From the sequence record DRR723986_4746: a DNA stretch of 51,876 nt; one strand, given 5' to 3'. This document shows positions 37,564 through 46,931 of the stretch, piece by piece. Position numbers and translations under genes: made by a program. The notes beneath the pieces are model-generated. The model searched no databases, was not told where the DNA came from, and worked only from the letters and a program-made list of their open reading frames with translations. Every line of letters starts with the position of its first letter. The first letter of the stretch is position 1.

Positions 37564-38265
37564 ATGAAGACCGCAATAATCACTGGCGCGAGCGTCGGCA
37601 TCGGCCAGGCCTGCGCAGAAGGTTTTATCGCCCTGGGCTACCGGGTGTTCAACCTGTCACGCCGTCAATGCCCGGTGGACGGGGTCACCAATATCCACTG
37701 CGACCTCAACGACCCTGACTCGATCAGCGCGGCGGGCGCGCTCCTGCGCGACACCCTGGCCGACAGCGACAGCGTAGCGCTGGTGCACAACGCCAGCCAG
37801 ATGCGCAAGGATTCGGTCTCGGCCTGTGACGACGATGACTTGCGCGCCGTGCTGGAAACCAATGTGGTGGCGGTCAACGCGCTCAACCGCAACCTGTTAC
37901 CGGCCCTGCCCCGCGGCTCAAGCATTGTTTATGTGGGCTCCACCCTGTCCGAGAAAGCGGTACCCGGATCATTCAGCTACGTGCTGACCAAGCATGCCCA
38001 ACTGGGCATGATGCGGGCGACCTGTCAGGACCTGATGGGCTCTGGCATCCATACCGCCCTGGTGTGCCCCGGCTTCACCAATACGGAAATGCTGCGTACC
38101 CACCTGGGCAACGACCCGGACGTCATGGCGGCGATCGGCGGCATGAACAGCTACGGCCGGCTTATCGAACCCAGGGAAATCGCGGACCTGATCATCTGGA
38201 CTCACCAGAACCCGGTCATCAATGGCGCAGTACTGCACGCCAACCTCGGGCAGAAGGAAGCCTGA
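37564..38265 (+). CDS. Short-chain dehydrogenase/reductase (SDR)
   Basis: TGASVGIG, HNAS, YVLTK (YxxxK), CPGFTNT. Start set at MKTAII. Confidence 0.9.
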   Translation: MKTAIITGASVGIGQACAEGFIALGYRVFNLSRRQCPVDGVTNIHCDLNDPDSISAAGALLRDTLADSDSVALVHNASQMRKDSVSACDDDDLRAVLETNVVAVNALNRNLLPALPRGSSIVYVGSTLSEKAVPGSFSYVLTKHAQLGMMRATCQDLMGSGIHTALVCPGFTNTEMLRTHLGNDPDVMAAIGGMNSYGRLIEPREIADLIIWTHQNPVINGAVLHANLGQKEA

Positions 38266-38267
38266 GA

Positions 38268-39050
38268 ATGGCATCGATAGACGTGATCTGGGAGCGCAGG
38301 GAACGCGTTTTCCTGATCCTCGCCGGCACATTCCTGTGCGCGATGACCCTGCTCAACGTTATCGGCATTACCCGCTTTATCCAGCTGGGGCCCATGGCGC
38401 TCGCGGTCGGGGTCCTGCCCTATCCACTCACCTTCCTGTGTACCGACCTGATCTGCGAACTGTACGGCAAGGCACGGGCAAATTTCCTGGTCAGCGTCGG
38501 CCTCGGCCTCAACTTCCTGATCCTGTTTGTCCTGTTCCTTGGCAACGCCATCCCCGCCGTGCCGGCAGACAGCATGCCGCCCTGGCAAATACTGCAGCTC
38601 GCGCAGCCCGTAGCACTGCCCAATGGGGATGTAGTGGAAAACAGCGTTGGCCTGTACCAGCTGATCTATGCCACCACCTCCGGCGCCGTGTTCGCCTCGA
38701 TGCTGGCCTACATCGCCGCCCAGTACTGCGACGTGCAGCTGTTCCACTTCTGGAAGCGGGTGACCAAAGGGAAGTACCTCTGGGTACGCAATAACTTCAG
38801 CACCCTGATGAGCCAGATGGTCGACTCGGTGATGGTGATCACCGTGACCTTCGGCGCAGCCTTCCTGCGGGGTGAAATGACATTCCAGATGCTGGCTATC
38901 CTGGTCGGCAGCAACTACCTGTTCAAGGCCACCGTCGCCTTACTGGATACCGGGCCTTTCTATCTGGGCGTTCACTACCTGCGGCGCTACCTGCGCCTGG
39001 CGCCCGGGGAACTCGCGGTCCCCGGTGGTGGCAAAACAGATATTCCCTAG
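38268..39050 (+). CDS. Queuosine precursor transporter (YhhQ/VUT family)
   Basis: YPLTFLCTDLICELYG, ASMLAY.AAQ..DV.LF, LWVRNNFSTLMSQMVDS, ALLDT. Confidence 0.88.
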   Translation: MASIDVIWERRERVFLILAGTFLCAMTLLNVIGITRFIQLGPMALAVGVLPYPLTFLCTDLICELYGKARANFLVSVGLGLNFLILFVLFLGNAIPAVPADSMPPWQILQLAQPVALPNGDVVENSVGLYQLIYATTSGAVFASMLAYIAAQYCDVQLFHFWKRVTKGKYLWVRNNFSTLMSQMVDSVMVITVTFGAAFLRGEMTFQMLAILVGSNYLFKATVALLDTGPFYLGVHYLRRYLRLAPGELAVPGGGKTDIP

Positions 39051-40117
39051 CCGGCAGCGGCCAGGGGCATCACTGCGGGGCGCGCCTCACGGAGAATCTC
39101 CTCGGCCAGTTGCTCCGCAATCACCGCGGTCTGGGTATGGCTCTCATCGGCCCGCTGTAAGACCTGGGCCAGGGTACCTTCAATCTTCCGTATGTGGTCG
39201 CGCTTGATGCTGTCGTGAGAGCCGGCCCGCTGGTGATGTACATCAATGATGCCGCCCGCATTTATCAGAAAATCCGGGCAATAAAGGATGCCCCGGTCCT
39301 GCAGACTCGCTCCGTCCTGCGCGGTAGCGAGCTGGTTGTTGGCAGCGCCGGCGATGATGCCGGCCCTGATCGCCGGGATGCTGCGCAGATTCAACACGGC
39401 GCCCATCGCACAGGGGGCAAGGACATCCACCTCAAGGGACAGGATGTCCTCCGGCGACACTGGCAGCACGCCCAGCTCCGTCACCGCGCGCTGCAGGTTC
39501 TCCGTATTCAAATCTGTACCGTGGACGACGGCGCCCTCAGCCACCAGCAGGCGAGCAAGGTAATAGCCAACATGCCCAAGGCCCTGGATAGCAACAGACA
39601 CCCCGCGCAGGCTATCGATGCCAAGCCGGTGCCGCACGGCGGTGCGGATTCCCAGAAATACGCCGCAGGCGGTACTGGGTGAAGGGTCGCCGCCGAAGCC
39701 ATTGTCATTGAGCCCACTCACATAGCGGGTGCGCTCCGCCATCACCCGAATATCTTCGACGCCGGTTCCCGAATCCTCGGCAGCCACATAACGGCCGCCC
39801 TGGGCATCAATGAAGTCGCCCATCGCCCGCAGCAACGCGACATGTTTGTCACGCCGGGGATCGCCGATGATGACCGACTTGCCACCACCGAGCGGCAGCC
39901 CCGCCAGAGCAGACTTGTAGGTCATGCCGCGGGACAGGCGCAGCACATCCTGCAGAGCCTCATCATCACTGGCATAGGGATACATCCTGCATCCGCCTAC
40001 CCCGGGACCGAGGGTTGAATCGTGAACCGCAATAATGGCGCGCAGACCGCTTTGCTTGTCCGCGCGGAATGTCACCAATTCATGCTGGTCGAAGTCAGGA
40101 GCAGAAAATACTGTCAT
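39047..40117 (-). CDS. Leucine/phenylalanine/valine dehydrogenase
   Basis: GGCR, LSRGMTYK, GGGKSVI, GDPSPSTA, QGLGHVG, GAANNQL, NAGG. Confidence 0.92.
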   Translation of the reverse strand: MTVFSAPDFDQHELVTFRADKQSGLRAIIAVHDSTLGPGVGGCRMYPYASDDEALQDVLRLSRGMTYKSALAGLPLGGGKSVIIGDPRRDKHVALLRAMGDFIDAQGGRYVAAEDSGTGVEDIRVMAERTRYVSGLNDNGFGGDPSPSTACGVFLGIRTAVRHRLGIDSLRGVSVAIQGLGHVGYYLARLLVAEGAVVHGTDLNTENLQRAVTELGVLPVSPEDILSLEVDVLAPCAMGAVLNLRSIPAIRAGIIAGAANNQLATAQDGASLQDRGILYCPDFLINAGGIIDVHHQRAGSHDSIKRDHIRKIEGTLAQVLQRADESHTQTAVIAEQLAEEILREARPAVMPLAAAG

Positions 40118-40144
40118 TTTATTATGTCCTTGAGCGCGAGCCGT

Positions 40145-43100
40145 TTAGGCGGCTTCTACAATTTTTACTGCCGATTCCGGCATCTCACCGCGCAGGCGTT
40201 GCAGCTGTTCCTGGCGCTGCAGGGCAAGCAGTTCCCGGTTGCGATCCTTGACGTGGCCGAAACCCCGCAGCTTGGTGGGGAGTTCCGCGAGTGCCAGGGC
40301 CGCGGCATAGTTGGTCCCGTCCAGCTCGCCCAGCACCGTATCCAACAGGGCTTCGTAGTCGGCGATATCCGCACGCTCCTGGCGTCGTTCGGCGGTATAG
40401 CCAAAGACATCCAGCGCGGTACCTCGCAGGACACGAAGCTTCGCCAGCCAGCCAAAGGCCGTCATCATCCATGGGCCGAATTCCCTTTTCAGCAGTTGCC
40501 CGGTGTTTGGATCGCGCTTGCTGAACAGCGGTGGTGCCAGGTTGAACCGCAGCTCGAAGTCACCTTCAAACTGGGCTTCCAGCTTGCGCCGAAACGCTTC
40601 GCCGCTGTACAGCCTGGCTACCTCATACTCGTCCTTGTAAGCCATCAGCTTGTACAGGTTGCGCGCCGCCGCGAGGCTGATGGACTGCGGCTCGCTGGCC
40701 CTGGGGTCCGCAGCCCGAACCCGGTCGATAAGCGCACGGTAACGGTCTGCATAGGCCGCATTCTGGTAGTCCGTCAAACGCCGCGCCCGGTCCTCAATCA
40801 GTTCATCCAGGGTCAGCGGCGTCCGCTGTTCCGGCGGCGAGACGATTTCCAGCACCCGCTCCGGTTGATGCGCGCAGCGCCGGCCCCAGAGGAAGGCCCG
40901 CTTGTTGAACTCGACGGCGACCCCGTTCAGTTCGATGGCCTGCTCCAGCGCAGCCGCGGACACCGGCACCAGACCCTGCTGCCAGGCAAAGCCAAGCAGG
41001 AACAGGTTGCCGCCGATCGAGTCGCCCAGCAGGCGCGTGGCGATCCGGGTGGAGTCGATGAAGTGCGACCCCTCCTCGCCAACCTCGGTGGTGATCTTGT
41101 CTTTCATGGCCTGGGTCGGAAAACGTGCGTCCGGGTCCAGGATAAACGCCGCTGTGGGCACTTCCGCCTCGTTCACGACCGACCAGGTCCGCCCCTGGGC
41201 GACCTTACCCATGGCCTCGTAGGTCGTGGTCACCACCAGGTCGCAGCCCAGCAGCAGGTCTGCCTCGCCGGCGGGTATGCGCACGGCCCGGATGTCGTCC
41301 TGGTTCTGAGCGACCCGTACATGACTGACCACGGCGCCAAATTTCTGCGCCAGACCGGTCTGGTTCATCGTGGCGCAACCCTTACCCTCGATATGCGCTG
41401 CCATCGCGATGAGCGCGGTGATAGTGAGCACCCCCGTTCCGCCAACGCCGGTAACCACCGTATTCCAGGGTCGATCGAGGGCAGGCAAGCGGGGTTCGGG
41501 CAGCGGGTCGAACAACAACTCGGCGTCTACCGCGCCAGCGGTGGGCTTGCGCAGGCTGCCACCGAGCACGGTTACGAAACTGGGGCAGAAGCCCCGGGCA
41601 CAGCTGTAGTCCTTGTTACAGGCGCTCTGGTCGATCTGGCGCTTACGGCCAAGTTCGGTATTTTTCGGGATCACTGACAGGCAGTTCGACTTGACGCTGC
41701 AGTCACCACAACCCTCACAGACCTCGTCATTGATAAACAGGCGCTTGGGCGGGTCCTCGAGGATGCCTTTTTTCCGCCGGCGCCGCTTTTCCGCGGCGCA
41801 GGTCTGCTGGTAAACGATCACCGAGGTTCCCTTGTATTCCCGCAGTTCCTTCTGCAAGGCGTCCAGTTCATCCCGGTGGTGCAGGCTGTAGCCCGGCACA
41901 TCGTGAAACTCGCCCCGCCATTGACCGGGGTCATCGCTGACCAGAGCGATTCGTCGCACGCCTTCGCCACGCACCTGGTAGACCAGGTCCTCGACGCGCA
42001 GGGTGCCGTCGATTGGCTGGCCCCCGGTCATGGCGACCGCATCGTTGTAGAGGATCTTGTAGGTAATACTGACGCCGGAGGCTACCGCTGCCCGGATTGC
42101 CAGGATGCCGGAATGGAAATAGGTACCATCGCCCAGGTTCTGGAACACATGGGGCGTGTCGGTGAAGGGCGCCTGGCCGATCCAGGTCGCACCCTCCCCG
42201 CCCATCTGGGTGAAGGTGTGGGTCTCGCGATCCGGCATCCAGGTCGCCATGTAGTGACAACCGATACCGCCCAGGGCGCGGCTGCCCTCGGGTACCTTGG
42301 TAGACGTGTTATGCGGGCAACCGGAACAAAAGTGCGGTACCCGCTCGATGATCTCCCGGGGGCGGGCAAGCGACGCTTCCTTCTGCTCAATCCAGCGGAT
42401 CCGCTGTTCCATGGTTTCTGACGTGTAGAAGCGCCGGATCCGGCTGGCAATCGCCAGCGCGATCATCGCCGGGGTGAGCTCAGCCAGATTGGGCAGCAGG
42501 TCGCGCCCCTGCTCGTCGAACTCACCGAAGACCCGGGGACGCGCGGCCACCGGGTAGTTATAAAGCTGGCCAGTGAGCTGATCCTCAATGATCGAGCGCT
42601 TTTCCTCGACTACCAGGATTTCCTCCAGACCCTCGGCAAATTCGTGGGTCGTGCGCGGCTCCAGCGGCCAGGGCATGCCAACCTTGTAGACCCGCAGGCC
42701 CACCTCGGCTGCAACCCGGTCATCAATCCCCATGTCTTCCAGGGCTTGCATCACATCCAGATAGGCCTTGCCGGAGGTGATGATACCGAAGCGGGCATTG
42801 GGGCTGTCCAGAACGATCCGGTTCAGGCCGTTGACCCGGGCGAACTCGCGCGCTGCGTAGATCTTGTACTTGTTGAGCCGCAGTTCCTGCTCCAGCGGCT
42901 TGTCAGGCCAGCGCGCATGCACGCCGTCGGCGGGCATTGCGAAATCTTCCGGGATCACGATGTCGATGCGGTTGGGGTCGATGTCGGCTGAAATCGCCGA
43001 GTCCATGTTCTCGGTTATCGCCTTCAGGGCCACCCAGCATCCGCTGTAGCGGGACAGTTCCCAACCATACACACCCAGGTCCAGCACCTCCTGGACGTTT

Positions 43101-43639
43101 GAGGGGCTGAGCACCGGCACCGATGCGCCGATAAACATGTGCTCGGACTGGTGCGGCAGGGTCGAGGACTTACAGGCGTGATCGTCCCCCGCTACCGCCA
43201 ATACCCCGCCGTAACGGGACGTGCCGAAGGCGTTCGCATGCTTGATGACATCCATGCTGCGATCGACTCCGGGGCCCTTGCCGTACCACATACCAAACAC
43301 GCCATCGTAGCGCGCTCCGGCAAACAGGTTGGTCTGCTGGCTGCCCCACACGGCGGTCGCGGCAAGATCCTCGTTGACGCCGGGCTGGAAGTGGACGTTG
43401 TGTTTTTTCAGCCAGGGCCGGGCTTTCCACATGGCCTGGTCGACCCCACCTACAGGTGAACCTCGATAGCCGGAAATGAACGCGGCGGTGTTCAGGCCGC
43501 GGCGCTGGTCGCGCTGGTGCTGCAGCATGGGCAGGCGCACCAGCGCTTCGATGCCGGTCATATAGGCGCGGGTTGCATCCAGGGCGTACTTGTCGTCCAG
43601 GGATACCTGCCTGATAGCTGGGGATTGATCTTTGCCCAC
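40145..43639 (-). CDS. Fused indolepyruvate:ferredoxin oxidoreductase-family protein (alpha+beta)
   Basis: GYRGSP, FCSGCPHN, GDGTYFHSG, ferredoxin Cys CEGCGDC...C, GVGGTG, MAYKDEYEVARL. GTG start at 43639 after AGGAGG. Confidence 0.92.
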   Translation of the reverse strand: MGKDQSPAIRQVSLDDKYALDATRAYMTGIEALVRLPMLQHQRDQRRGLNTAAFISGYRGSPVGGVDQAMWKARPWLKKHNVHFQPGVNEDLAATAVWGSQQTNLFAGARYDGVFGMWYGKGPGVDRSMDVIKHANAFGTSRYGGVLAVAGDDHACKSSTLPHQSEHMFIGASVPVLSPSNVQEVLDLGVYGWELSRYSGCWVALKAITENMDSAISADIDPNRIDIVIPEDFAMPADGVHARWPDKPLEQELRLNKYKIYAAREFARVNGLNRIVLDSPNARFGIITSGKAYLDVMQALEDMGIDDRVAAEVGLRVYKVGMPWPLEPRTTHEFAEGLEEILVVEEKRSIIEDQLTGQLYNYPVAARPRVFGEFDEQGRDLLPNLAELTPAMIALAIASRIRRFYTSETMEQRIRWIEQKEASLARPREIIERVPHFCSGCPHNTSTKVPEGSRALGGIGCHYMATWMPDRETHTFTQMGGEGATWIGQAPFTDTPHVFQNLGDGTYFHSGILAIRAAVASGVSITYKILYNDAVAMTGGQPIDGTLRVEDLVYQVRGEGVRRIALVSDDPGQWRGEFHDVPGYSLHHRDELDALQKELREYKGTSVIVYQQTCAAEKRRRRKKGILEDPPKRLFINDEVCEGCGDCSVKSNCLSVIPKNTELGRKRQIDQSACNKDYSCARGFCPSFVTVLGGSLRKPTAGAVDAELLFDPLPEPRLPALDRPWNTVVTGVGGTGVLTITALIAMAAHIEGKGCATMNQTGLAQKFGAVVSHVRVAQNQDDIRAVRIPAGEADLLLGCDLVVTTTYEAMGKVAQGRTWSVVNEAEVPTAAFILDPDARFPTQAMKDKITTEVGEEGSHFIDSTRIATRLLGDSIGGNLFLLGFAWQQGLVPVSAAALEQAIELNGVAVEFNKRAFLWGRRCAHQPERVLEIVSPPEQRTPLTLDELIEDRARRLTDYQNAAYADRYRALIDRVRAADPRASEPQSISLAAARNLYKLMAYKDEYEVARLYSGEAFRRKLEAQFEGDFELRFNLAPPLFSKRDPNTGQLLKREFGPWMMTAFGWLAKLRVLRGTALDVFGYTAERRQERADIADYEALLDTVLGELDGTNYAAALALAELPTKLRGFGHVKDRNRELLALQRQEQLQRLRGEMPESAVKIVEAA

Positions 43640-43765
43640 GGTGCCCACCTCCTGCGAATTCGGCCTATTGTCCCGTAACAGTGTAGAAATTGTTATTTGA
43701 TTTGGCCGCCACAACCGGCACAATGCACATTAATAATTCCAAAAATAGGACATATAGGTATAAAT

Positions 43766-44242
43766 ATGCCCCCAGATCTCGACAAGCAGGATGTGGCGAT
43801 TCTCCGGCTACTGCAGGCAGATGCCAGCCTCAGCTCGGCCGCTATCGCCGAAAAACTGGCCATGTCCCAGTCCCCCTGCTGGCGCCGCATCAACCGACTG
43901 GAGAAGGAGGGCCTGATCAAACGCCAGGTCGCGCTTCTGGACCGCCAGGCGCTGGGGATGGATGTGGTGGTCTTCGCCACGATCAACCTGACCTCCACCG
44001 GGCGCCAGAACCTGCTGGCATTCGAACAGGATATTGTCCGCTACCCTGAGGTCATGGAGTGCTACACCATGACCGGTATCTGGGACTACATGCTGAAGAT
44101 CGTCACCCGGGATATCCGTCACTACGAGGAGTTCGTGCGCAACACGCTGACTGCCAGCCCGGCAATCCGTGAGTTACACTCGCACATGGCAGTCACCGAG
44201 ATCAAAAACTCCACCGAGCTGCCGCTGGGATCGCAACTGTGA
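43766..44242 (+). CDS. Lrp/AsnC-family transcriptional regulator
   Basis: LDKQD..IL..LQ, SQSPCWRRINRLEKEG HTH, ECYTMTG.WDY. Divergent from the IOR gene across an AT-rich spacer. Confidence 0.93.
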   Translation: MPPDLDKQDVAILRLLQADASLSSAAIAEKLAMSQSPCWRRINRLEKEGLIKRQVALLDRQALGMDVVVFATINLTSTGRQNLLAFEQDIVRYPEVMECYTMTGIWDYMLKIVTRDIRHYEEFVRNTLTASPAIRELHSHMAVTEIKNSTELPLGSQL

Positions 44243-44262
44243 CCAAGACCGGATAGCCGCAC

Positions 44263-45408
44263 GTGCTTCTTCAAACCAAGTTACCCAGGGTCGGCACGAC
44301 CATTTTTACCCGCATGTCAGCGCTGGCAGCGGAATGCGGCGCTATCAACCTGTCCCAGGGCTTCCCCGATTTCGACCCACCGGCCGCGCTGGTCGCCGCC
44401 CTCGGCAGCCATGCCGCTGCCGGGCACAACCAGTACGCGCCGATGGCGGGCCTGCCGGCACTGCGCGAGCAGGTCGCCGGGCAGTTGCTTCGCCTGCGAG
44501 GTACCAGCGTTGACCCGGAGCGAGAAATCACCATCGTCCCCGGAGCTACCGAGGGGATTTTCTGCGCGGTGACCGCGGTGGTGCGCCCGGGCGACGAGGT
44601 CATCGTCATGGACCCGGTCTACGACAGCTACGTGCCGGCAATCGAGCTCGCGGGCGGGCACGCGGTCCGCGTCCCGCTGTGCCCGGGCACCTTCGCCATC
44701 GACTGGCAACGGGTGGAAGATGCGATCAGCCCGCGCACCCGGATGATCATGATCAACAGCCCGCATAACCCCTGCGGCAGCACCCTGTCGCTGGCCGACC
44801 TGCAGGTGCTGGAGAGCCTGGTGGAAAAACATGACCTGTTGGTCAGCAGTGACGAGGTCTACGAGCACCTGGTGTTCGATCAGCACCAGCATCACAGCGT
44901 GCTGCAACTTCCCGGTCTACGGCAACGGAGCTTTGCTCACTTCTCCTTCGGCAAGACCTACAGCGTCACCGGGTGGAAGACCGGCTACTGCGTGGCACCC
45001 GAACCCCTGACCCGCGAGTTGCGCAAGGTGCACCAGTACGTCGCCTTCGTCGCGGTTACCCCGGTGCAATGGGCCCTGGCTGATTTCATGGCCGCAGAAC
45101 CCGACTATGCCGCCAGCCTGGGGGCCTTTTACCAGCAGAAACGCGACCTGTTCTGTAACGCGCTGAGCGGCTCACGCTTTCGCTGGACCCCGAGCCCGGG
45201 CAGTTATTTCCAGCTGCTCGATTACGGCGACATCAGCGCGGCACCGGACACTGAACTGTGTGAACGGTGGACACGGGAGCTCGGCGTTGCCGCCATCCCG
45301 GTTTCGGTCTTCTATGAAGACCCGCCGGCGCAAACCCTGCTGCGCTTCTGTTTCGCCAAATCCGATGAACTGTTGCTGGAGGCTGCCGGAATCCTGTGCG
45401 CAATCTGA
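44263..45408 (+). CDS. Class I PLP aminotransferase (YbdL/methionine aminotransferase-like)
   Basis: KLP.VGTTIF, AINLSQGFPDF, NSPHNP, DEVYEH, SFGKTYSVTGWK. Confidence 0.9.
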   Translation: MLLQTKLPRVGTTIFTRMSALAAECGAINLSQGFPDFDPPAALVAALGSHAAAGHNQYAPMAGLPALREQVAGQLLRLRGTSVDPEREITIVPGATEGIFCAVTAVVRPGDEVIVMDPVYDSYVPAIELAGGHAVRVPLCPGTFAIDWQRVEDAISPRTRMIMINSPHNPCGSTLSLADLQVLESLVEKHDLLVSSDEVYEHLVFDQHQHHSVLQLPGLRQRSFAHFSFGKTYSVTGWKTGYCVAPEPLTRELRKVHQYVAFVAVTPVQWALADFMAAEPDYAASLGAFYQQKRDLFCNALSGSRFRWTPSPGSYFQLLDYGDISAAPDTELCERWTRELGVAAIPVSVFYEDPPAQTLLRFCFAKSDELLLEAAGILCAI

Positions 45409-46169
45409 CTGTCACCCTGGTCCAGTGCCAGCTGGCCTGGGAAAACCCCGCCGACAACCGCAGGCAGTTTGAAGCACTGCTGCGCGAGGATGACACCGAC
45501 TCTGACCTGATCGTTCTGCCCGAGATGTTCACCACTGGCTTTTCGATGAACGCGGTCGCCAATGCCGAGCTACCCGGTGGCGACACGGAACAGTGGATGC
45601 AGGCCATCGCCCGCGAGCGCGATTGTGCGGTTTGCGGCAGTATTGCCGTGCATGCCGACGGCGGCGTCTATAACCGACTGCTGTTCGCCACCCCCGACGC
45701 GGTCGAGCACTACGACAAGCGCCATTTGTTCCGCATGGCGGGGGAGCACAAGCGCTATCTTTCCGGTTCGAAGCGACTTGTGGTGAACTGGCGCGGCTGG
45801 CGCATCAAGACCGAGGTCTGCTATGACCTGCGTTTCCCCGTATTCAGCCGCAACCGGCAGGACTATGACGCCCTGCTGTATGTCGCCAACTGGCCGGCGG
45901 CACGCGCCAGTCACTGGCGCTGCCTGCTGCAGGCCAGAGCCATTGAGAACCAGGCCTGTGTGATCGGGGTGAACCGCATTGGCAGCGATGCCAACGGCCT
46001 GGATTACAGCGGTGACAGCCTGGCAATCGATCCGCGGGGCCAGATTCTCGCGGATCCTCGGGACCAGTCAGGCTGTGTCCACGCCACCTTCGACGGCAAT
46101 GACCTGCTGGCCTACCGGGAGGCATTCCCCTGCCACCGGGATGCGGATGACTTCGAGCTACGGAGCTGA
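45396..46169 (+). CDS. Omega-amidase (YafV/Nit2-like nitrilase family)
   Basis: LPEMFTTGF, YDKRHLF, CYDLRFP, ARAIENQ; coupled to the aminotransferase. Confidence 0.9.
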   Translation: MRNLTVTLVQCQLAWENPADNRRQFEALLREDDTDSDLIVLPEMFTTGFSMNAVANAELPGGDTEQWMQAIARERDCAVCGSIAVHADGGVYNRLLFATPDAVEHYDKRHLFRMAGEHKRYLSGSKRLVVNWRGWRIKTEVCYDLRFPVFSRNRQDYDALLYVANWPAARASHWRCLLQARAIENQACVIGVNRIGSDANGLDYSGDSLAIDPRGQILADPRDQSGCVHATFDGNDLLAYREAFPCHRDADDFELRS

Positions 46170-46214
46170 GCGACTGACTACCCGGGGGAAACGAGCGCCG
46201 GGCAGCATCAAGGC

Positions 46215-46931
46215 TTACCAGCCAAGCACCTGCTTGACGAATGGGATCGACAGGGCTCGCTGCTCGACCAGGGACGCGCGGTCCAGCTGTTCCAGCAGCG
46301 CGAGCAGGGCACCGAGTTCCCGTGGCGCGCGATTGACGATGTAATCCGCCACATCCTGACCCATGTCCAAACCGCGCCGGGAGGCGCGGAAGCGAAGCAC
46401 CGCGCACTTGCGGGCGTCATCGCAGGCCGGCAGATGGAACACCACCGCCCAGGCGAGCCGCGACTGCAGGTCCCTGAGCTGCACAGGCAGGTGTGCCGGC
46501 GCGGCAGCGGCGGCAAACAACAGGCGACACCCGGTCTCCCGAGCGTGGTTGAACAGACGGAACAGGGCGCGCTCCCAGGCCGGGTTGCCGCAGACGGCCT
46601 GAAGGTCGTCCAGCGCGATAAGCGACAGCGATTCGACATTGCTCAGCAGCTCGTCCGCCGGGTAGTCGACGAGTTCGGCCAGCGGCAGGTACAGCGCACG
46701 ATTGCCGACCCGGTGACAGGCCGCTTGCAGCAGGTGGCTTTTCCCGGTGTCCGTTGCCCCGTGCAGGAAGATGGCCGGCTCACCCCCCGCCTCGCACTGC
46801 GTACGCAGCAGGGCCAGCGCCGTTGCCATACCTTCCAGGGGCAGCACATTATCCAGGGTCGCGTCGTCGCGCAGGTGCACGTTCAGGGCGAGCTGACCGT
46901 GCCGGTACAGGCGCCCGCTGGACTCACTCAC
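46215..46931 (-). CDS. hda: DnaA regulatory inactivator Hda
   Basis: QLALNV clamp-binding motif, GKSHLL, LDDL, DLQSRL, SIPFVK. The GTG start is approximate. Confidence 0.9.
   Translation of the reverse strand: MSESSGRLYRHGQLALNVHLRDDATLDNVLPLEGMATALALLRTQCEAGGEPAIFLHGATDTGKSHLLQAACHRVGNRALYLPLAELVDYPADELLSNVESLSLIALDDLQAVCGNPAWERALFRLFNHARETGCRLLFAAAAAPAHLPVQLRDLQSRLAWAVVFHLPACDDARKCAVLRFRASRRGLDMGQDVADYIVNRAPRELGALLALLEQLDRASLVEQRALSIPFVKQVLGW

Noticed and set aside
40022-41677. 551-aa plus-strand ORF
   Set aside because: Antisense shadow of the IOR gene.
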